Source: Myxococcales bacterium
GTDB lineage: Bacteria > Myxococcota_A > Polyangia > Palsa-1104 > JAEUJZ01
Length of the DNA: 60,050 nt
NCBI GenBank assembly: GCA_016794465.1
Contig: JAEUKA010000028.1
Coordinates: 64,001-124,050 of the forward strand
Reading direction: 5' to 3'
Shown: positions 10,010 through 20,965 of the stretch, piece by piece
Layout of the letters: every line of letters starts with the position of its first letter
Numbering within the stretch: position 1 is the stretch's first letter
Position numbers and translations under genes: made by a program
The notes under the pieces: generated by a model
Told to the model about the DNA's origin: nothing
Databases searched by the model: none
Seen by the model: the letters and a program-made list of their open reading frames with translations, nothing else

Positions 10010-10478
10010 CGCGCTGGTGCTCCAAAAGACGAGGGCTCGCAGTGACTCGGAATGACACCGGCTCGCGCAGCTGTTCCATCACCAAAGTTCCCGTGATGTT
10101 CAGAATCAGACGCGACTCCGTTTGGACAAACTGGACAATTGTGACGCGTGGATGATGCAGGCGTGGCTCAAACTGCTCGACGGTCTGAGTCAAGAGTGAA
10201 GTCAAGTGTCGCATCGACTGCGGATCGAACGGATTGACCCAGAGCAGATCGGTAGCCCCATAATCAATCACAGAGCGCTCCCGCCCGAGCAGCTCGTGAG
10301 AAGGCAGTCCAGTGCGGGTGTTCAGGAGTCGTGAGACTTCCTCGCGAACAGACTTCACCAGCTCTGGATAGGACAGAGTACGCAGCGGTACCGGCTCGCG
10401 CGGCTGCTCTGGCTTGCGATCAGAGAGACGCTCAAACAGGGGCACCGCAGCGACGTGCTGTCGTGATGGAAGCGGCAT
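10002..10478 (-). CDS. tssE: T6SS baseplate subunit TssE (gp25-like)
   Basis: 158 aa GPW/gp25-like protein (PLFERLSD...LLNTR). It is translationally coupled to tssF by an 8-nt overlap. Confidence 0.85.
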   Translation of the reverse strand: MPLPSRQHVAAVPLFERLSDRKPEQPREPVPLRTLSYPELVKSVREEVSRLLNTRTGLPSHELLGRERSVIDYGATDLLWVNPFDPQSMRHLTSLLTQTVEQFEPRLHHPRVTIVQFVQTESRLILNITGTLVMEQLREPVSFRVTASPRLLEHQRDE

Positions 10479-10502
10479 CTTCGGAATGCACCTCTTGGCA
10501 GA

Positions 10503-10991
10503 CTACCCGCCCTTGTTCTCTTCGATCGAGAAGAAGGCGGAGTTCTTGCCCTTGTTGCCACCCGGCTGCTTCTGCAGCTGCTGACCGTAATCCCAGGTGA
10601 TCTTCTTGTAGCTGAAGGTCACTGTCTCGATCGGCTGGTCACCACCACCACCGACACTCACGCTGGTGATGATGCAGCTGTCGAACGTATAGGTCAGGTA
10701 CTCCATCGGCGCGCCGGCAGCGTCTGCCTTCCAGACGTGGATCTTCATCGACTTGATGTCTTCGCCACCGCAGCACTTGAGGTTCAGCGTCGGCGAAGCC
10801 AGGTCAGCGTGCTTGCTCACCGTAAAGTCCTGATGAACACAGCGACCCGAGGCACGGCTGGTGTTCGAGGGTCCGCTCGTCAGCGGCATCGACACGCCAT
10901 GGTTATAGGACAAGAGCTCGATCATGTCCTTGCCCTGGGCAGAGGTCGACTCTCCCTTGATTCCTTCAATCTCCCAAAAGATGTTCTGCAT
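10503..10991 (-). CDS. hcp: Hcp (TssD) tube protein
   Basis: 162 aa. The sequence FWEIEGIKGEST...HGVSMP...SFSYKKITWDY...FSIEENKGG is the Hcp fold signature. Confidence 0.9.
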   Translation of the reverse strand: MQNIFWEIEGIKGESTSAQGKDMIELLSYNHGVSMPLTSGPSNTSRASGRCVHQDFTVSKHADLASPTLNLKCCGGEDIKSMKIHVWKADAAGAPMEYLTYTFDSCIITSVSVGGGGDQPIETVTFSYKKITWDYGQQLQKQPGGNKGKNSAFFSIEENKGG

Positions 10992-11051
10992 GTTCCGTTC
11001 CCCTTAAAGCCTCTGTCTCTATGTACAGAGGCGCTTCATAGCAGCCCGTTA

Positions 11052-12518
11052 TCAACCAGCGGCAGGCGGTGGAAGCTCTGCCACCAAGCGAATCGAAGCA
11101 GTCAGCTCGTTGAGCTGAAAGTGCGGCTTTAGGAATGCCACCGCACGGTACACACCCGGCTTGCCCGGAACATCGAACACATCGACGCGGGCCTCGCGCA
11201 GCGGGTACTTGGCCTTGGTATCCTGACCGGCATCATCACGCAGCAGGATGTAGCTACTCATCCAGTTGTTCAGAAAGTTCTGAACGTTCTCGCGTGTTTG
11301 GAAGCTACCGATCTTGTCGCGCATGATCGCCTTCAGGTAGTGCGCAAACCGCGACGAAGCGAGCAGGTACGGAAGCTGCGAAGACAGCGACGCGTTGGCA
11401 TTGGCCTGCGGCGTGTTGTAGGTCTTCGGCTTGTTGGTCGTCTGGCCACCAAAGAACGCGGCGTAGTCGGTGTCCTTGCAGTGACAGAGCGCGACAAAGC
11501 CCAGATCCGACAGCTCCTTTTCCCGACGATCCGTGATCGCGATCTCGGTCGGACACTTGAGGGCGATGTCTCCCTCATCGGTCTTGAAGGTGTGCGCCGG
11601 CAGGCCTTGCACGATGCCGCCTCCTTCCACACCTCGGATCGCCGCCGTCCACTTGTGCAGGGCAAACGCATTGGTGATGCGCTGACCGAGCACGTACGCG
11701 GCGTTGCTCCACAGATACTTTCCGTGATCTTTTCCGTCGGTGTCTTCCTCGAAGCGGAACTCCTCTACCGGCACCGTCTTGCTTCCGTACGGAAGTCGCC
11801 CCAGCACGCGCGGCAGCGTCAGCGCCACATAGCGGGAGTCCTCTGACTCACGGAACGAGCGCCAGGTGATCAGCTCCGAGCTCTCGAACAGCTTGGACAG
11901 ATCACGCGGATTGCCAAGATCGGTGAAGCTCTCGAGATCGAACAGCTTCGGACTGGCAGCGCTTAGGAACGGTGCATGCGCAGCGGCGGCAACATTGGAG
12001 ATCTTCCCGAGCAGCGCGATGTCCTGCGGATGGCGAGTGAACTCGTAGTCACCGACCAAGCAGCCATAGGGATGGCCACCGAACGTGCCGAACTCCTCTT
12101 CATACACCTTCTTGAACAGAGCGCTCTGATCAAACTCGGAAGCCTTCTCGAGATCGTTCAGCAGCTCCTTCTTGGTCGCGTGGATGACCCGCAGCTTCAG
12201 AGAGGTGCTCGTCTCGGTGTTCATCACCAGATAGTTCAGACCGCGCCACGATCCTTCCAGCTTCTGGAAGCGCTCGTCGTGCATGATCGCGTTGACCTGC
12301 TGCGTCAGCACTTCATCAATGTGCGCAATCTTGTCGAGTACTACCTTCGCAAGATCCGCGCTCGCAGACACCTTGTCCGGATCGACCTGATTCACAAACT
12401 CGCCGATGAGCGTACGAGAGTGCGCGATCTGCAGCTCATCACGCGCCATCTTGCCATCGCGGATCAGGTTGTCGAGGACATCCACTCCTGTCTTGGTAGT
12501 CGTTTCGTTTTCAGCCAC
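11052..12518 (-). CDS. tssC: T6SS contractile sheath large subunit TssC
   Basis: 488 aa of the VipB family, adjacent to tssB. Confidence 0.9.
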   Translation of the reverse strand: MAENETTTKTGVDVLDNLIRDGKMARDELQIAHSRTLIGEFVNQVDPDKVSASADLAKVVLDKIAHIDEVLTQQVNAIMHDERFQKLEGSWRGLNYLVMNTETSTSLKLRVIHATKKELLNDLEKASEFDQSALFKKVYEEEFGTFGGHPYGCLVGDYEFTRHPQDIALLGKISNVAAAAHAPFLSAASPKLFDLESFTDLGNPRDLSKLFESSELITWRSFRESEDSRYVALTLPRVLGRLPYGSKTVPVEEFRFEEDTDGKDHGKYLWSNAAYVLGQRITNAFALHKWTAAIRGVEGGGIVQGLPAHTFKTDEGDIALKCPTEIAITDRREKELSDLGFVALCHCKDTDYAAFFGGQTTNKPKTYNTPQANANASLSSQLPYLLASSRFAHYLKAIMRDKIGSFQTRENVQNFLNNWMSSYILLRDDAGQDTKAKYPLREARVDVFDVPGKPGVYRAVAFLKPHFQLNELTASIRLVAELPPPAAG

Positions 12519-12530
12519 GGCAACCTCCCC

Positions 12531-13034
12531 TTAATTTGCAGTCGCGCTCTTCGCGGCCAGCGCCTTGACGGCGCCAAACTTCTCTTTGTCCCCAAGCAGC
12601 TTCTGTAGCTGCCCCTGAAGATCTTCGTTTCCATCCAGCTTGGTCAGCAGATCGACCAGGCGCTGCCGCATCTCGAGCAGCTCGCGCAGCTGCGGAACCG
12701 CCTTCGCGATCGCAGTCGGATGGAAGTCATCAATGTGGCGGAAGGTAAGCTCAACGCCCAGGTTCCCTTCCTTCTTGATGTGATTGGGCACCGCGTACTT
12801 GAGCTTGGGCGCAATGTTCGCGAGCACTTGGTTGTAGTTGTCGCGATCAATCTGCGTAAACTTGCGCTCCTTGAACCTGGGCAGCGCATCCTGTTGCCCT
12901 GCCAGATCGGCGAGAATGCCAACGACGAAGGGCAACTCCTTCATCTGGATTGCGCCGCCAATTTCCACATCATAGGTGATCTGGACCCGTGGCGGCCTGA
13001 CACGGTCGAGTTTGTGCTGGGTACTCTCAGACAT
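12531..13034 (-). CDS. tssB: T6SS contractile sheath small subunit TssB
   Basis: 167 aa of the VipA family (RVQITYDVEIGGA...ELPFVVGILADL). Confidence 0.9.
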   Translation of the reverse strand: MSESTQHKLDRVRPPRVQITYDVEIGGAIQMKELPFVVGILADLAGQQDALPRFKERKFTQIDRDNYNQVLANIAPKLKYAVPNHIKKEGNLGVELTFRHIDDFHPTAIAKAVPQLRELLEMRQRLVDLLTKLDGNEDLQGQLQKLLGDKEKFGAVKALAAKSATAN

Positions 13035-13137
13035 CGTTCCCTCACGTCAGCCAGTGGGGCGTAAAGTCCCCGGTTTCATCCACAGACGCCAGGGCCAATC
13101 CTTGGCATCTCACGAGAATTCATTCCTACATTCCTGC

Positions 13138-14217
13138 CTATTGCGGCGACTTCACCCCCAGCAGTGCATAGATCCCCTGGCGATCGGCTCCCCCTGCCAC
13201 AAGCTCATTGAGGAGCTGGATCAGATCCATGTTACCCCAGGCGATGGCACGTTTTACAAGATACGGAACCGGACTGTGGGGCTCTGTACGCTGCAGGTAT
13301 TCTGCTGCTTCAGCAAGTCGTTGATATGCTTGGGTCCGACTGCGAATCGGACCGGTGACTGTCTCCTCTTTGGCGTTCATCGTGGCTTTCGCCTCCGCTT
13401 CATCCTGCACAGCTGAGCTGCTTACGCCCTCAAGCTGAGCCGCATCCGATCGCACTTGATCCGGGCTAACTTCCACCGGGGTGTACTGTGCAATCAGGGT
13501 CTTGATGTCATGAATCAAGCTGCGGAGCTGTCGCAGCATCGCAGGCTGATCAGGAAGCTGGGCAATGACTCCGTCCTCTAGCTCTTGTGTCGCAGCATCT
13601 AGCTCAGTCAGCTCATGAAACAGCGTGCTGTAGAAGTGCGGTCTGGTCGCTGCTGCGGCCCCGAGCACACTCGCGGGCAGAATCTCTCCACCACCACTTG
13701 GTACTTTCTCATTGCGAAGCGCGCGCTCCCAATCAATCCAGGTCAGCGCCGCCTTTTCTCCGATCGGATCGGTCAGCGGAATCTCTTTGAGCCGACCAGA
13801 GACACGATGCGACAAGTACTCCAGCGGAGCCAAGCGATAGGAAGACTCTCCCTCTTCGATCAGCGGATAGAGCGTGTTCCAGAATCGCACCATCAGCTGA
13901 TGACAGAGCCGGACTCCCAACGTAAGCCCAGGCACTCCGTACAGCTTCAGCCACGCCTCACAGAGCCAGACTGCGATCTGCAGATCTTTGCTCCGCTCGA
14001 CGAGCGCCTTCTGTCCAAGCTGCGCTACCTTGCTCCAGTCCGCACGCTTGAGCTTGGTCTGCCAGACCCCTTGCGGAAGACTCTCATCATCTTCCCGACG
14101 TGCCTCACCAATCGCATCGTACGTCCCTTCATAGCGAAGCCACTCGCCAGCCGGCTCGCGCTCCGAGATCGGTGCAAGGAGTGTCTCTAGATCGATGGGC
14201 GGCTGCTCAGACATCAC
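13138..14217 (-). CDS. tssA: T6SS protein TssA (ImpA N-terminal domain)
   Basis: ImpA_N motifs are present (EWLRYEGTYDAIGEARREDD...LPQGVWQ...KRADW). The gene is in cluster context. Confidence 0.8.
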   Translation of the reverse strand: MMSEQPPIDLETLLAPISEREPAGEWLRYEGTYDAIGEARREDDESLPQGVWQTKLKRADWSKVAQLGQKALVERSKDLQIAVWLCEAWLKLYGVPGLTLGVRLCHQLMVRFWNTLYPLIEEGESSYRLAPLEYLSHRVSGRLKEIPLTDPIGEKAALTWIDWERALRNEKVPSGGGEILPASVLGAAAATRPHFYSTLFHELTELDAATQELEDGVIAQLPDQPAMLRQLRSLIHDIKTLIAQYTPVEVSPDQVRSDAAQLEGVSSSAVQDEAEAKATMNAKEETVTGPIRSRTQAYQRLAEAAEYLQRTEPHSPVPYLVKRAIAWGNMDLIQLLNELVAGGADRQGIYALLGVKSPQ

Positions 14218-14223
14218 GACTCC

Positions 14224-17200
14224 TCACTGTCCATTCCGTCCCCGCGTCAGCGGAGCCAGCGTCGGCCAATCTGCCGGGATCACCAGCAGCTCTTTGCTCT
14301 CTGCCGGGTTGAGAACGAGCCGCACAAACACCACCGCCTTGTTGTAAAGGAACGACATCTTGGCGGCTCCACTGGGAGTGCTTCCTTTGTTGGTGTAATA
14401 GGAATCAGGCAGCAGGCGGACTCTGCCGGTGTGCTTCCGTTCGGTGATGTCGACCATAAACTTCAAGACGTGCGGCTGCCGATCGAGCGACTTCCGCAGA
14501 TCCGTTTGCGAGGCGCGGAACATCCGAATGATGCGAACCAGACCCCACACCCCGGCAAACTCAAACGAGATGGTGTCATTGGAATCAACAGTGGCACCGC
14601 GCGGCTGTCCCGTCGGAGCCGGAACATACGGACCGTCCTTGGCCCAGCGCATCGACAGCTTGACGCGATCCCCAAGCTGCCAGGACCCCTGACCATCCTC
14701 GACCTTCTGATCGCCGGTCGAGAATCCCCACTCTGCAATCTGCTGACCGTTGATCTCGTTGCCTTTGTTGATGCGGTAATCGACCACCACGTTGTAGCGG
14801 GCGAGATCACCGCGATCACCAAGCAGCGGCGCAAAGAACGGACGGACTTCCCGCAGGGCCTGTAGGAAGGTGTTGACCTCGCGTCCGACTTCCGCAGAGC
14901 CACCGAGTGTCTCGCGCCGTCCCACGTAGGCATCGTACTGGCGAATGAACTCGTCGTACTCTTGGAAGAAGCCCCGGATGTCACGCGGCAGCGCATCCGG
15001 ATCATCGAGTGACTGCGAGTTGCGCGTAAACGGAAACTTGCCCGCGAGATCTTGGTTGAAGCGTCGCGCCAGGTGATCGTAAAGCTCCAGAATTTTTTCG
15101 GCTGCGAACACCAAGCAGCGCTTGCGCACCGAGTCATGAAGTCGCGCCTTGGTCTGCAGGAAGAAGTCGGTGTTGTCACCAGTCTGTCGCGGCAGCTTGT
15201 CGAGACAGTTTTCCGGCGTCACAGTGAGCAGCGTGGTATCGAAAAAAGACTCCATCTCTTTGACAGAGTTGCCCGGAGTCATGCGCTCGAAGTACTCCAG
15301 CTGATTGACAATGTTGCGCCACTTTCCGACGAGCGGATCGTCACTCCGCGCGCTGGTAAGACCATCCAGCAGAGACACCGGAACCTTGGCATAGTCGCGA
15401 CCCCAGCCCTTGATGCGATTGCGCTGGGTCTTGATGTACTGCGACAGTGCATCAGCATCTTCGACATCAAACGCAGACAGGACGGGCGGCTTCTCTCCGC
15501 GCCAGCTCGCCAGCTTGCTGGAGACGCGATACATCTCTTCGCGCTCTGGAAGTAGATCGATGCGGCGCAAGATCTCGCGTGAGTCTTCCTGCAGCTGCTG
15601 ATACAGCTCGGAGTGCGGCGCTTTCAGGGACAGCCGATCGTACGTCTCCAGAATCTGCCGCAGTACCGTCGAGACACGCTTGAGATCTCCGACCTCACTG
15701 CTCAGCTCATCTTGCAGCGCGTTGACATCGCCGGTGAATCGCAGCACCCGCTCCTCGCGCCGCGCTTGGGAAACCAGCGCCGGCATATTCTGTCCCAGTC
15801 GCTCCAGCGCTGTACTCTTGACCACTTCACGAATGTGCCGATAGACCTGTCCCAGTCGGTCGCGGGTATAGGTGTCGTAGGACTCTGCAAACGCGGTGGC
15901 TTGTCGCAGCAGATCGTCATTCCAGACCACTCGATAGGAGCCTTCGGAGTTCGGCGCGTGCGACTTTTCTAGGCTCTGCTGCACAAAGGAAAGCGATAGG
16001 AATGTCTCTAGGTTGGCCTTCAGATCGACCACTGCCTGCGAGATCACCAGACGGTGTTTTTCATTGTCGCGCTGCAAGATCAATCCCATCGCTGGCAGCG
16101 CAACTTCCAGCAGACGCCGCCGCAGCTGCTGATGCGACTGTAGCCACTCCTGACGCAGCTCATCACTCATCCGGCCATCGGGAGAGAAGTGCCGCAGCGC
16201 CGCCAGAATCTCTGTCATCGGCTCGCCCAGATCGAGCGATTCCTTTGACAGCCACTGCAGCTCTGATCTTCCCAGATCACGCTCTAGGCGAATCAGAACA
16301 TCGCGCAGCTCCGTCAGTACCGGAAGGTCCGCGCCGCCTCCTTCGCTCTCTGCTTTGAGCCGACTGATGTGCGCCAAGATCTCATCTGTCTCGATCTGAA
16401 TCGCGTTGTCGATGAACAAGCGGCGATGCAGCGCTTTGGTGATCAGCTTGGCGCGCGCTTGGACTTTCGGATTGACCAGCGACATGTCAAAGGAGCGGCT
16501 GGTCGCGTTGGCCAGCGCCTCCTGATACAGCTCGGCATTGCGCAGGAAGACCGGCTGCAGCTCGACGCCAAAGACATACTTCACCAGCGGGACTACGGTA
16601 TCGAAGCGCTTGTGGTGTTCGCTGCCCAGGCGGTTGTAGGTATCGACGTTCTGCACAAACTCCAGGTACGCGCGCGACAGCTCACGCAGCTCCTGAAACT
16701 CTGGCATGTTCTGCAGCGCTTGAATTTGAACCGTTCTGGAGGTGAGTCGTTCACCACTTCCGGCGGTCGCAGGCCGTCCTGCCCAAGCCTCTCCAGCCGG
16801 TGGTGGCTCGTCGCTGGGTGGCGGCGCACTGAGATCCCCTTCCAGTCCCAAGACCTGCTTGGCTTTGAGCTGCAGACCCTCATGCAGACCGCCCAGCACC
16901 ACGCGCTCGAACGACCTCCGCATTGCTTCCTGAACATCATCATCGAGCGAGCTAAGCCAAGACGAAGGAAGCCGCAGACTGAGCAGCCGACTGCTCGAGA
17001 CATTCCCAATCGCGGCCAGCAGCTCCTGGGTCTGCTGCGCAAAGCGATCCTTGTCCTGCGCCACAGAGAGCGTGGTTTCTACCGGCACTTTGTCCAGGAA
17101 GCCCATCACCGCCCGAACATCGCGACTCAGGTTGGCGTACGCGGACCACAGCAATAGTACGCTCACCAAAACCGAGACGCCCAGACCGACCTTGATCAAA

Positions 17201-18336
17201 CGCAGGGCACGCTCCTGATTGAGGACTCCCTTCTTCAGGGGGCGCGCCAGTCCACTCTCTGGGAAGAGCTTCTTCGAGAACAGATCATGAATGAAGACCG
17301 GATGCTTTTTGTCTGCCTGATCCTCTTCCTTGCGAATCATGGCGCTGGCGATGGTGGCGTCGCCGCACATATACATTCCGCGCAGAAGATTGGACTCGCT
17401 GTAGACGTTGACCCGAAACAGCTGATCCAAAAACACCTTCATCGGCTCGCGCAGCGCTTGGGTATTGCGCGGCAGAAGGAACGCCGCGTCCTGTTCCTTG
17501 TCCGACAGCTTGGCGGTCGCGAGCAGATCGATCTGTAGCCCACACTGGGTCTTGTACAGCTCCGCGAACGCCTGCTCCACCCACGCCGGATCGTACGCAA
17601 CATTGAGCGGATACGGAGACGACCAGCCCGACAGCTGATCCCGCTGCGCCGGAGCGAGTCCCCCACAGAACGCCGTGAAGCCCGGCACCGCATCACTCTT
17701 GCTGATCAAGACATAGGTGGGAAGCCGCAGAGACACATCTTGCTGAAGCCGCTGCAGCCGCTGATACAGGACCTCGCTGTGGGCTTTGATCTGCTCTGTC
17801 GGCAGCTTGTCATCCCCAACCAGCGACGAGGCTCCAATCAAGATTAGGACTGCATCCAGGGGCCGTTTCGGACGCGCCGTCCGCAGGAGTCCGCAGAAGT
17901 GTACGAACAGTTCCTCTTCCTGCCAGATCTCTGCACCCAGATCGATCGCGACTCCTTTGTCATAAAAATAGAAGCGACAGTGCGCACTCTCAGCCAGCTG
18001 CTCACTCGCACCACGGAAAGGAATGTGCAGTCCGGTGTTCTGCAGAATCGTACTCTGTCCCGCGCCCTTTTCCCCCAGCACCAGGCACCACGGAATGGCG
18101 TACCGTCCCGGCATCCCACCGACGTTGGCATCGAGCTGGCGAAGCTCCTCTGTGACCAGGGCACTCAGACTTGCGCGAAGCTGCGCGACTCGCTTGGCAC
18201 GCTCTGGATCTTTGGGCGGAGTCGGAGGAGCAGCGTCTACTACGTCCTTCTTTTTCTTGCGAGCCCGCAAGAGTAGGAAGACGCCGGCAGCTATCACCGC
18301 CAACAGAAGAACTGCTATGAGAATGCGAATCAGCAC
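14224..18336 (-). CDS. tssM: T6SS membrane complex protein TssM (IcmF)
   Basis: 1370 aa with an N-terminal TM, a P-loop (LVLGEKGAGQST) and an IcmF-like C-terminal periplasmic domain. Confidence 0.9.
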   Translation of the reverse strand: MLIRILIAVLLLAVIAAGVFLLLRARKKKKDVVDAAPPTPPKDPERAKRVAQLRASLSALVTEELRQLDANVGGMPGRYAIPWCLVLGEKGAGQSTILQNTGLHIPFRGASEQLAESAHCRFYFYDKGVAIDLGAEIWQEEELFVHFCGLLRTARPKRPLDAVLILIGASSLVGDDKLPTEQIKAHSEVLYQRLQRLQQDVSLRLPTYVLISKSDAVPGFTAFCGGLAPAQRDQLSGWSSPYPLNVAYDPAWVEQAFAELYKTQCGLQIDLLATAKLSDKEQDAAFLLPRNTQALREPMKVFLDQLFRVNVYSESNLLRGMYMCGDATIASAMIRKEEDQADKKHPVFIHDLFSKKLFPESGLARPLKKGVLNQERALRLIKVGLGVSVLVSVLLLWSAYANLSRDVRAVMGFLDKVPVETTLSVAQDKDRFAQQTQELLAAIGNVSSSRLLSLRLPSSWLSSLDDDVQEAMRRSFERVVLGGLHEGLQLKAKQVLGLEGDLSAPPPSDEPPPAGEAWAGRPATAGSGERLTSRTVQIQALQNMPEFQELRELSRAYLEFVQNVDTYNRLGSEHHKRFDTVVPLVKYVFGVELQPVFLRNAELYQEALANATSRSFDMSLVNPKVQARAKLITKALHRRLFIDNAIQIETDEILAHISRLKAESEGGGADLPVLTELRDVLIRLERDLGRSELQWLSKESLDLGEPMTEILAALRHFSPDGRMSDELRQEWLQSHQQLRRRLLEVALPAMGLILQRDNEKHRLVISQAVVDLKANLETFLSLSFVQQSLEKSHAPNSEGSYRVVWNDDLLRQATAFAESYDTYTRDRLGQVYRHIREVVKSTALERLGQNMPALVSQARREERVLRFTGDVNALQDELSSEVGDLKRVSTVLRQILETYDRLSLKAPHSELYQQLQEDSREILRRIDLLPEREEMYRVSSKLASWRGEKPPVLSAFDVEDADALSQYIKTQRNRIKGWGRDYAKVPVSLLDGLTSARSDDPLVGKWRNIVNQLEYFERMTPGNSVKEMESFFDTTLLTVTPENCLDKLPRQTGDNTDFFLQTKARLHDSVRKRCLVFAAEKILELYDHLARRFNQDLAGKFPFTRNSQSLDDPDALPRDIRGFFQEYDEFIRQYDAYVGRRETLGGSAEVGREVNTFLQALREVRPFFAPLLGDRGDLARYNVVVDYRINKGNEINGQQIAEWGFSTGDQKVEDGQGSWQLGDRVKLSMRWAKDGPYVPAPTGQPRGATVDSNDTISFEFAGVWGLVRIIRMFRASQTDLRKSLDRQPHVLKFMVDITERKHTGRVRLLPDSYYTNKGSTPSGAAKMSFLYNKAVVFVRLVLNPAESKELLVIPADWPTLAPLTRGRNGQ

Positions 18337-18360
18337 GTGGCTCTTCCCATGGGCTCCGCG

Positions 18361-19812
18361 TTACATGTTGGCCGGGGTGTTCACGTACACGCCGCTTGCC
18401 ACATCGATCTTCCAGCGCTCCAGCAGCACCGGATCACGTCCGCCATCGGTCTGGAAGCGAATCGCTCCGGTGACTCCTAACAGCGTGAACGGATCGGTCG
18501 GCTGCTGCGCCAACTTCTGGACCGTTTCATTGAACAGACGTGGGGTCAAGGACAGCGAGTTGGCATTGCCGTTGAGCCGCCGCAGCACCGACAGAATCTG
18601 ATCGGGACGACTCGCTCCCTTGAACGTTGCCGACGCTGCGCCCAGCACAAACAGCGCATCATAGGTGTATCCCACCATGAAGTCCTGCTCCAGCGGCAGA
18701 CCGGGATTGGTGGCAACAAAGCTGCTCTTAAAGTCAGCGCCTTCCTGCGCATCAATGAAGCTTAGGGGGGCCACTCCGGTGATCCGCGACAGGTGATTCT
18801 TCATCTGATCATCTCCGCTGCGCGCCAGCTGGATCAGCTCTCCGGTACGGCCACTGGAAGCAACCAGAACCTGTGTACTGCTCTCAAAGGAGCCGGGATT
18901 CTTGGGATCGAAAGGAAGGCTCGCAAAGCCGCCCACCACCTGATGACTGTTCGATCCCGGAATCAGCACCACGAAGCTCGGCTTGGCATCGAGCAGCGTC
19001 TTGGTGGTGACGCTGAGCAGGTTGGCATCGTTGTCACGATAGGAAAAGAAGCGGTCGGTCTTGTTGTTGATCGGATCGCGGCGCTGCCACTCTGGAGTGA
19101 ACTTGCGCCGGATGTTTTCACCATAGGAATCGGTCACAGACAGCAGTCCCAGCTGCGCCGTACTCTTGCCGCCAGAGAGTGTCACCAGCTCGCGGACCAG
19201 CTGCAGACCCTGCTCTCTTTCGACCGGTGCCAAGCGATAGAACAGACCCTGACTGGCCGCATCGGCAATGCCACTGTCCATGATCGCAGGAGAGATGGTG
19301 GGAACTCCGGCGGCCTTGATACGACCGATCATGTTCGTCGCTGCGGATGCCGTGTTGGGTCCAATGATCGCCACCACATTCCGCTGCTCGATCAGGATCT
19401 TGGTGGCATTGTCGGCATCGACCGCAGACGTTCCGACGTTGCAGATATCGAGCGCAATCGGGCGCGAACCATCCAGCTGCACCAGCTCATTGATCTGGCG
19501 AACCCCCAGGTTCAGCGCAATCAGGCGGTGGGCCTCGTTGAGACGACCGGTGGTGGCATTGGTGCGCAGATCGAGCAGGACTCCGATGTGAACCGCATTC
19601 GGAGACGGACTGTTAGGAGCCGTCGCGGTACAGAGTCTTTCAAGCGGAGTGTTGGGAAGACAGAGCTGATCGGCAGAACAGAAGCCCTGCGTACCGTCGG
19701 TATTTTGGCACTCACTGTCCTCGGTACACTGGTTGTACTGCATGGTCAGCGTACAGCCGGCACTGGCGATCGAGAATGCGCAGAGCAGTGAAGAAAGCGT
19801 AGTCTTAAGCAT
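18361..19812 (-). CDS. Lipoprotein with a type-1 periplasmic binding protein fold (LivK/Peripla_BP_6-like), embedded in the T6SS cluster
   Basis: A signal peptide with lipobox (SIASAGC) is followed by a PBP type-1 fold. The gene sits between tssM and the TPR gene and is not a core T6SS component. Confidence 0.65.
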   Translation of the reverse strand: MLKTTLSSLLCAFSIASAGCTLTMQYNQCTEDSECQNTDGTQGFCSADQLCLPNTPLERLCTATAPNSPSPNAVHIGVLLDLRTNATTGRLNEAHRLIALNLGVRQINELVQLDGSRPIALDICNVGTSAVDADNATKILIEQRNVVAIIGPNTASAATNMIGRIKAAGVPTISPAIMDSGIADAASQGLFYRLAPVEREQGLQLVRELVTLSGGKSTAQLGLLSVTDSYGENIRRKFTPEWQRRDPINNKTDRFFSYRDNDANLLSVTTKTLLDAKPSFVVLIPGSNSHQVVGGFASLPFDPKNPGSFESSTQVLVASSGRTGELIQLARSGDDQMKNHLSRITGVAPLSFIDAQEGADFKSSFVATNPGLPLEQDFMVGYTYDALFVLGAASATFKGASRPDQILSVLRRLNGNANSLSLTPRLFNETVQKLAQQPTDPFTLLGVTGAIRFQTDGGRDPVLLERWKIDVASGVYVNTPANM

Positions 19813-20876
19813 CAGTAGTTCCCTCCAAAAGACAGACCAAAACCACCGGGAAGCGGCGCCAGAGAGCCAGTCAGCGTCCGTTTGGGAGTCGCTCTCGGAG
19901 TCGTCTTCTGTTCCTCGTTCTTCTGACGGATTCCCTTCTTCAGTGCGACGATTGCGAACACGCCAGCGCCCGCGAGCAGTGCCCCACCAGCGGCATACGC
20001 AGCAGTCGAGCCGATCGACAGACCCGTTCCTTTGTCGCGAAGATCCCGCTTCTTCTGCTCGTCCGACTCACTTGTAAACTGCTGAAAGTTGTTGTCTGAC
20101 TGCACAAACAGACCCACTCCGGTCAGGACTCCGGCCAGGCCCGGAATCGCCAGCGCCAGACTTGGCCACAGATACTTCTGCCCAGGGGGAGCCGGCGTCA
20201 GGAGGGCAATGCGCTCAAACGCACGACGGCGCAGGCGTGGATCAGCAGTCTCAATCGCAACAAAGCGCCGATAATACTCCAGCGCATCGCGGCGCCTGCG
20301 AACTTGATCGAAGCCATTTGCGATATGATAAATCAAAATTGGATCGCGACGGCTGGCAAGAACCTGCTTCATCTGATCCATGATTTCATTGGCAACGGCC
20401 TGATTTCCGGCACGATAGTCGCGAACGTATTGAGCAATCAGTTCCTCGGCATCCGCCGCTTCTTCCGCCGCAAGCAGCGGTGCGGGCTCGGCAGCCTCAG
20501 CACTGACCCGAGGTCGACTGCTGCCCTTTTCTTGCGAGACATAGTACTGATCAATATACGTTGTCAGATCTGCATAAATCGTTGGATCAATCTTCTTTTC
20601 GTCATGAAGATATCGCTGATAGTACTCTGTCGCTTCAGCGGCCAGGCCAAGCTTGCGATATGATTGACCAATATTAAACAGATATTGCGGCTTTGGATCT
20701 AAGCGATAAGCCAAATTAAATTGCTTAATAGCGCCTTCATAACTCTTGCTTAGAAAGAGTCGTGCTCCCTCTTCTTCATAGATCGCTGCGCTCTCCTCCT
20801 CACAGTGAGCAGGATGTGCTTGCAGGATCAAGACCGATACGATGAGTACCAGCCAGCTGAGCACACGATTCACCAC
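19812..20876 (-). CDS. Membrane-anchored TPR-repeat protein (T6SS accessory?)
   Basis: A signal peptide is followed by TPR-like helices (YLFNIGQSYRKLGLAAEATEYYQRYL) and two C-terminal TM helices. The gene sits between tssL and the PBP gene. Confidence 0.55.
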   Translation of the reverse strand: MVNRVLSWLVLIVSVLILQAHPAHCEEESAAIYEEEGARLFLSKSYEGAIKQFNLAYRLDPKPQYLFNIGQSYRKLGLAAEATEYYQRYLHDEKKIDPTIYADLTTYIDQYYVSQEKGSSRPRVSAEAAEPAPLLAAEEAADAEELIAQYVRDYRAGNQAVANEIMDQMKQVLASRRDPILIYHIANGFDQVRRRRDALEYYRRFVAIETADPRLRRRAFERIALLTPAPPGQKYLWPSLALAIPGLAGVLTGVGLFVQSDNNFQQFTSESDEQKKRDLRDKGTGLSIGSTAAYAAGGALLAGAGVFAIVALKKGIRQKNEEQKTTPRATPKRTLTGSLAPLPGGFGLSFGGNY

Positions 20877-20965
20877 TTTTCCCCCACTTGCTCCTGCCTT
20901 GTCGGCAGTTCACTTCTCTTGGCTACTGTAAGGTTTGCTTTACACCCCTGTAAAGCTCTCTTTAC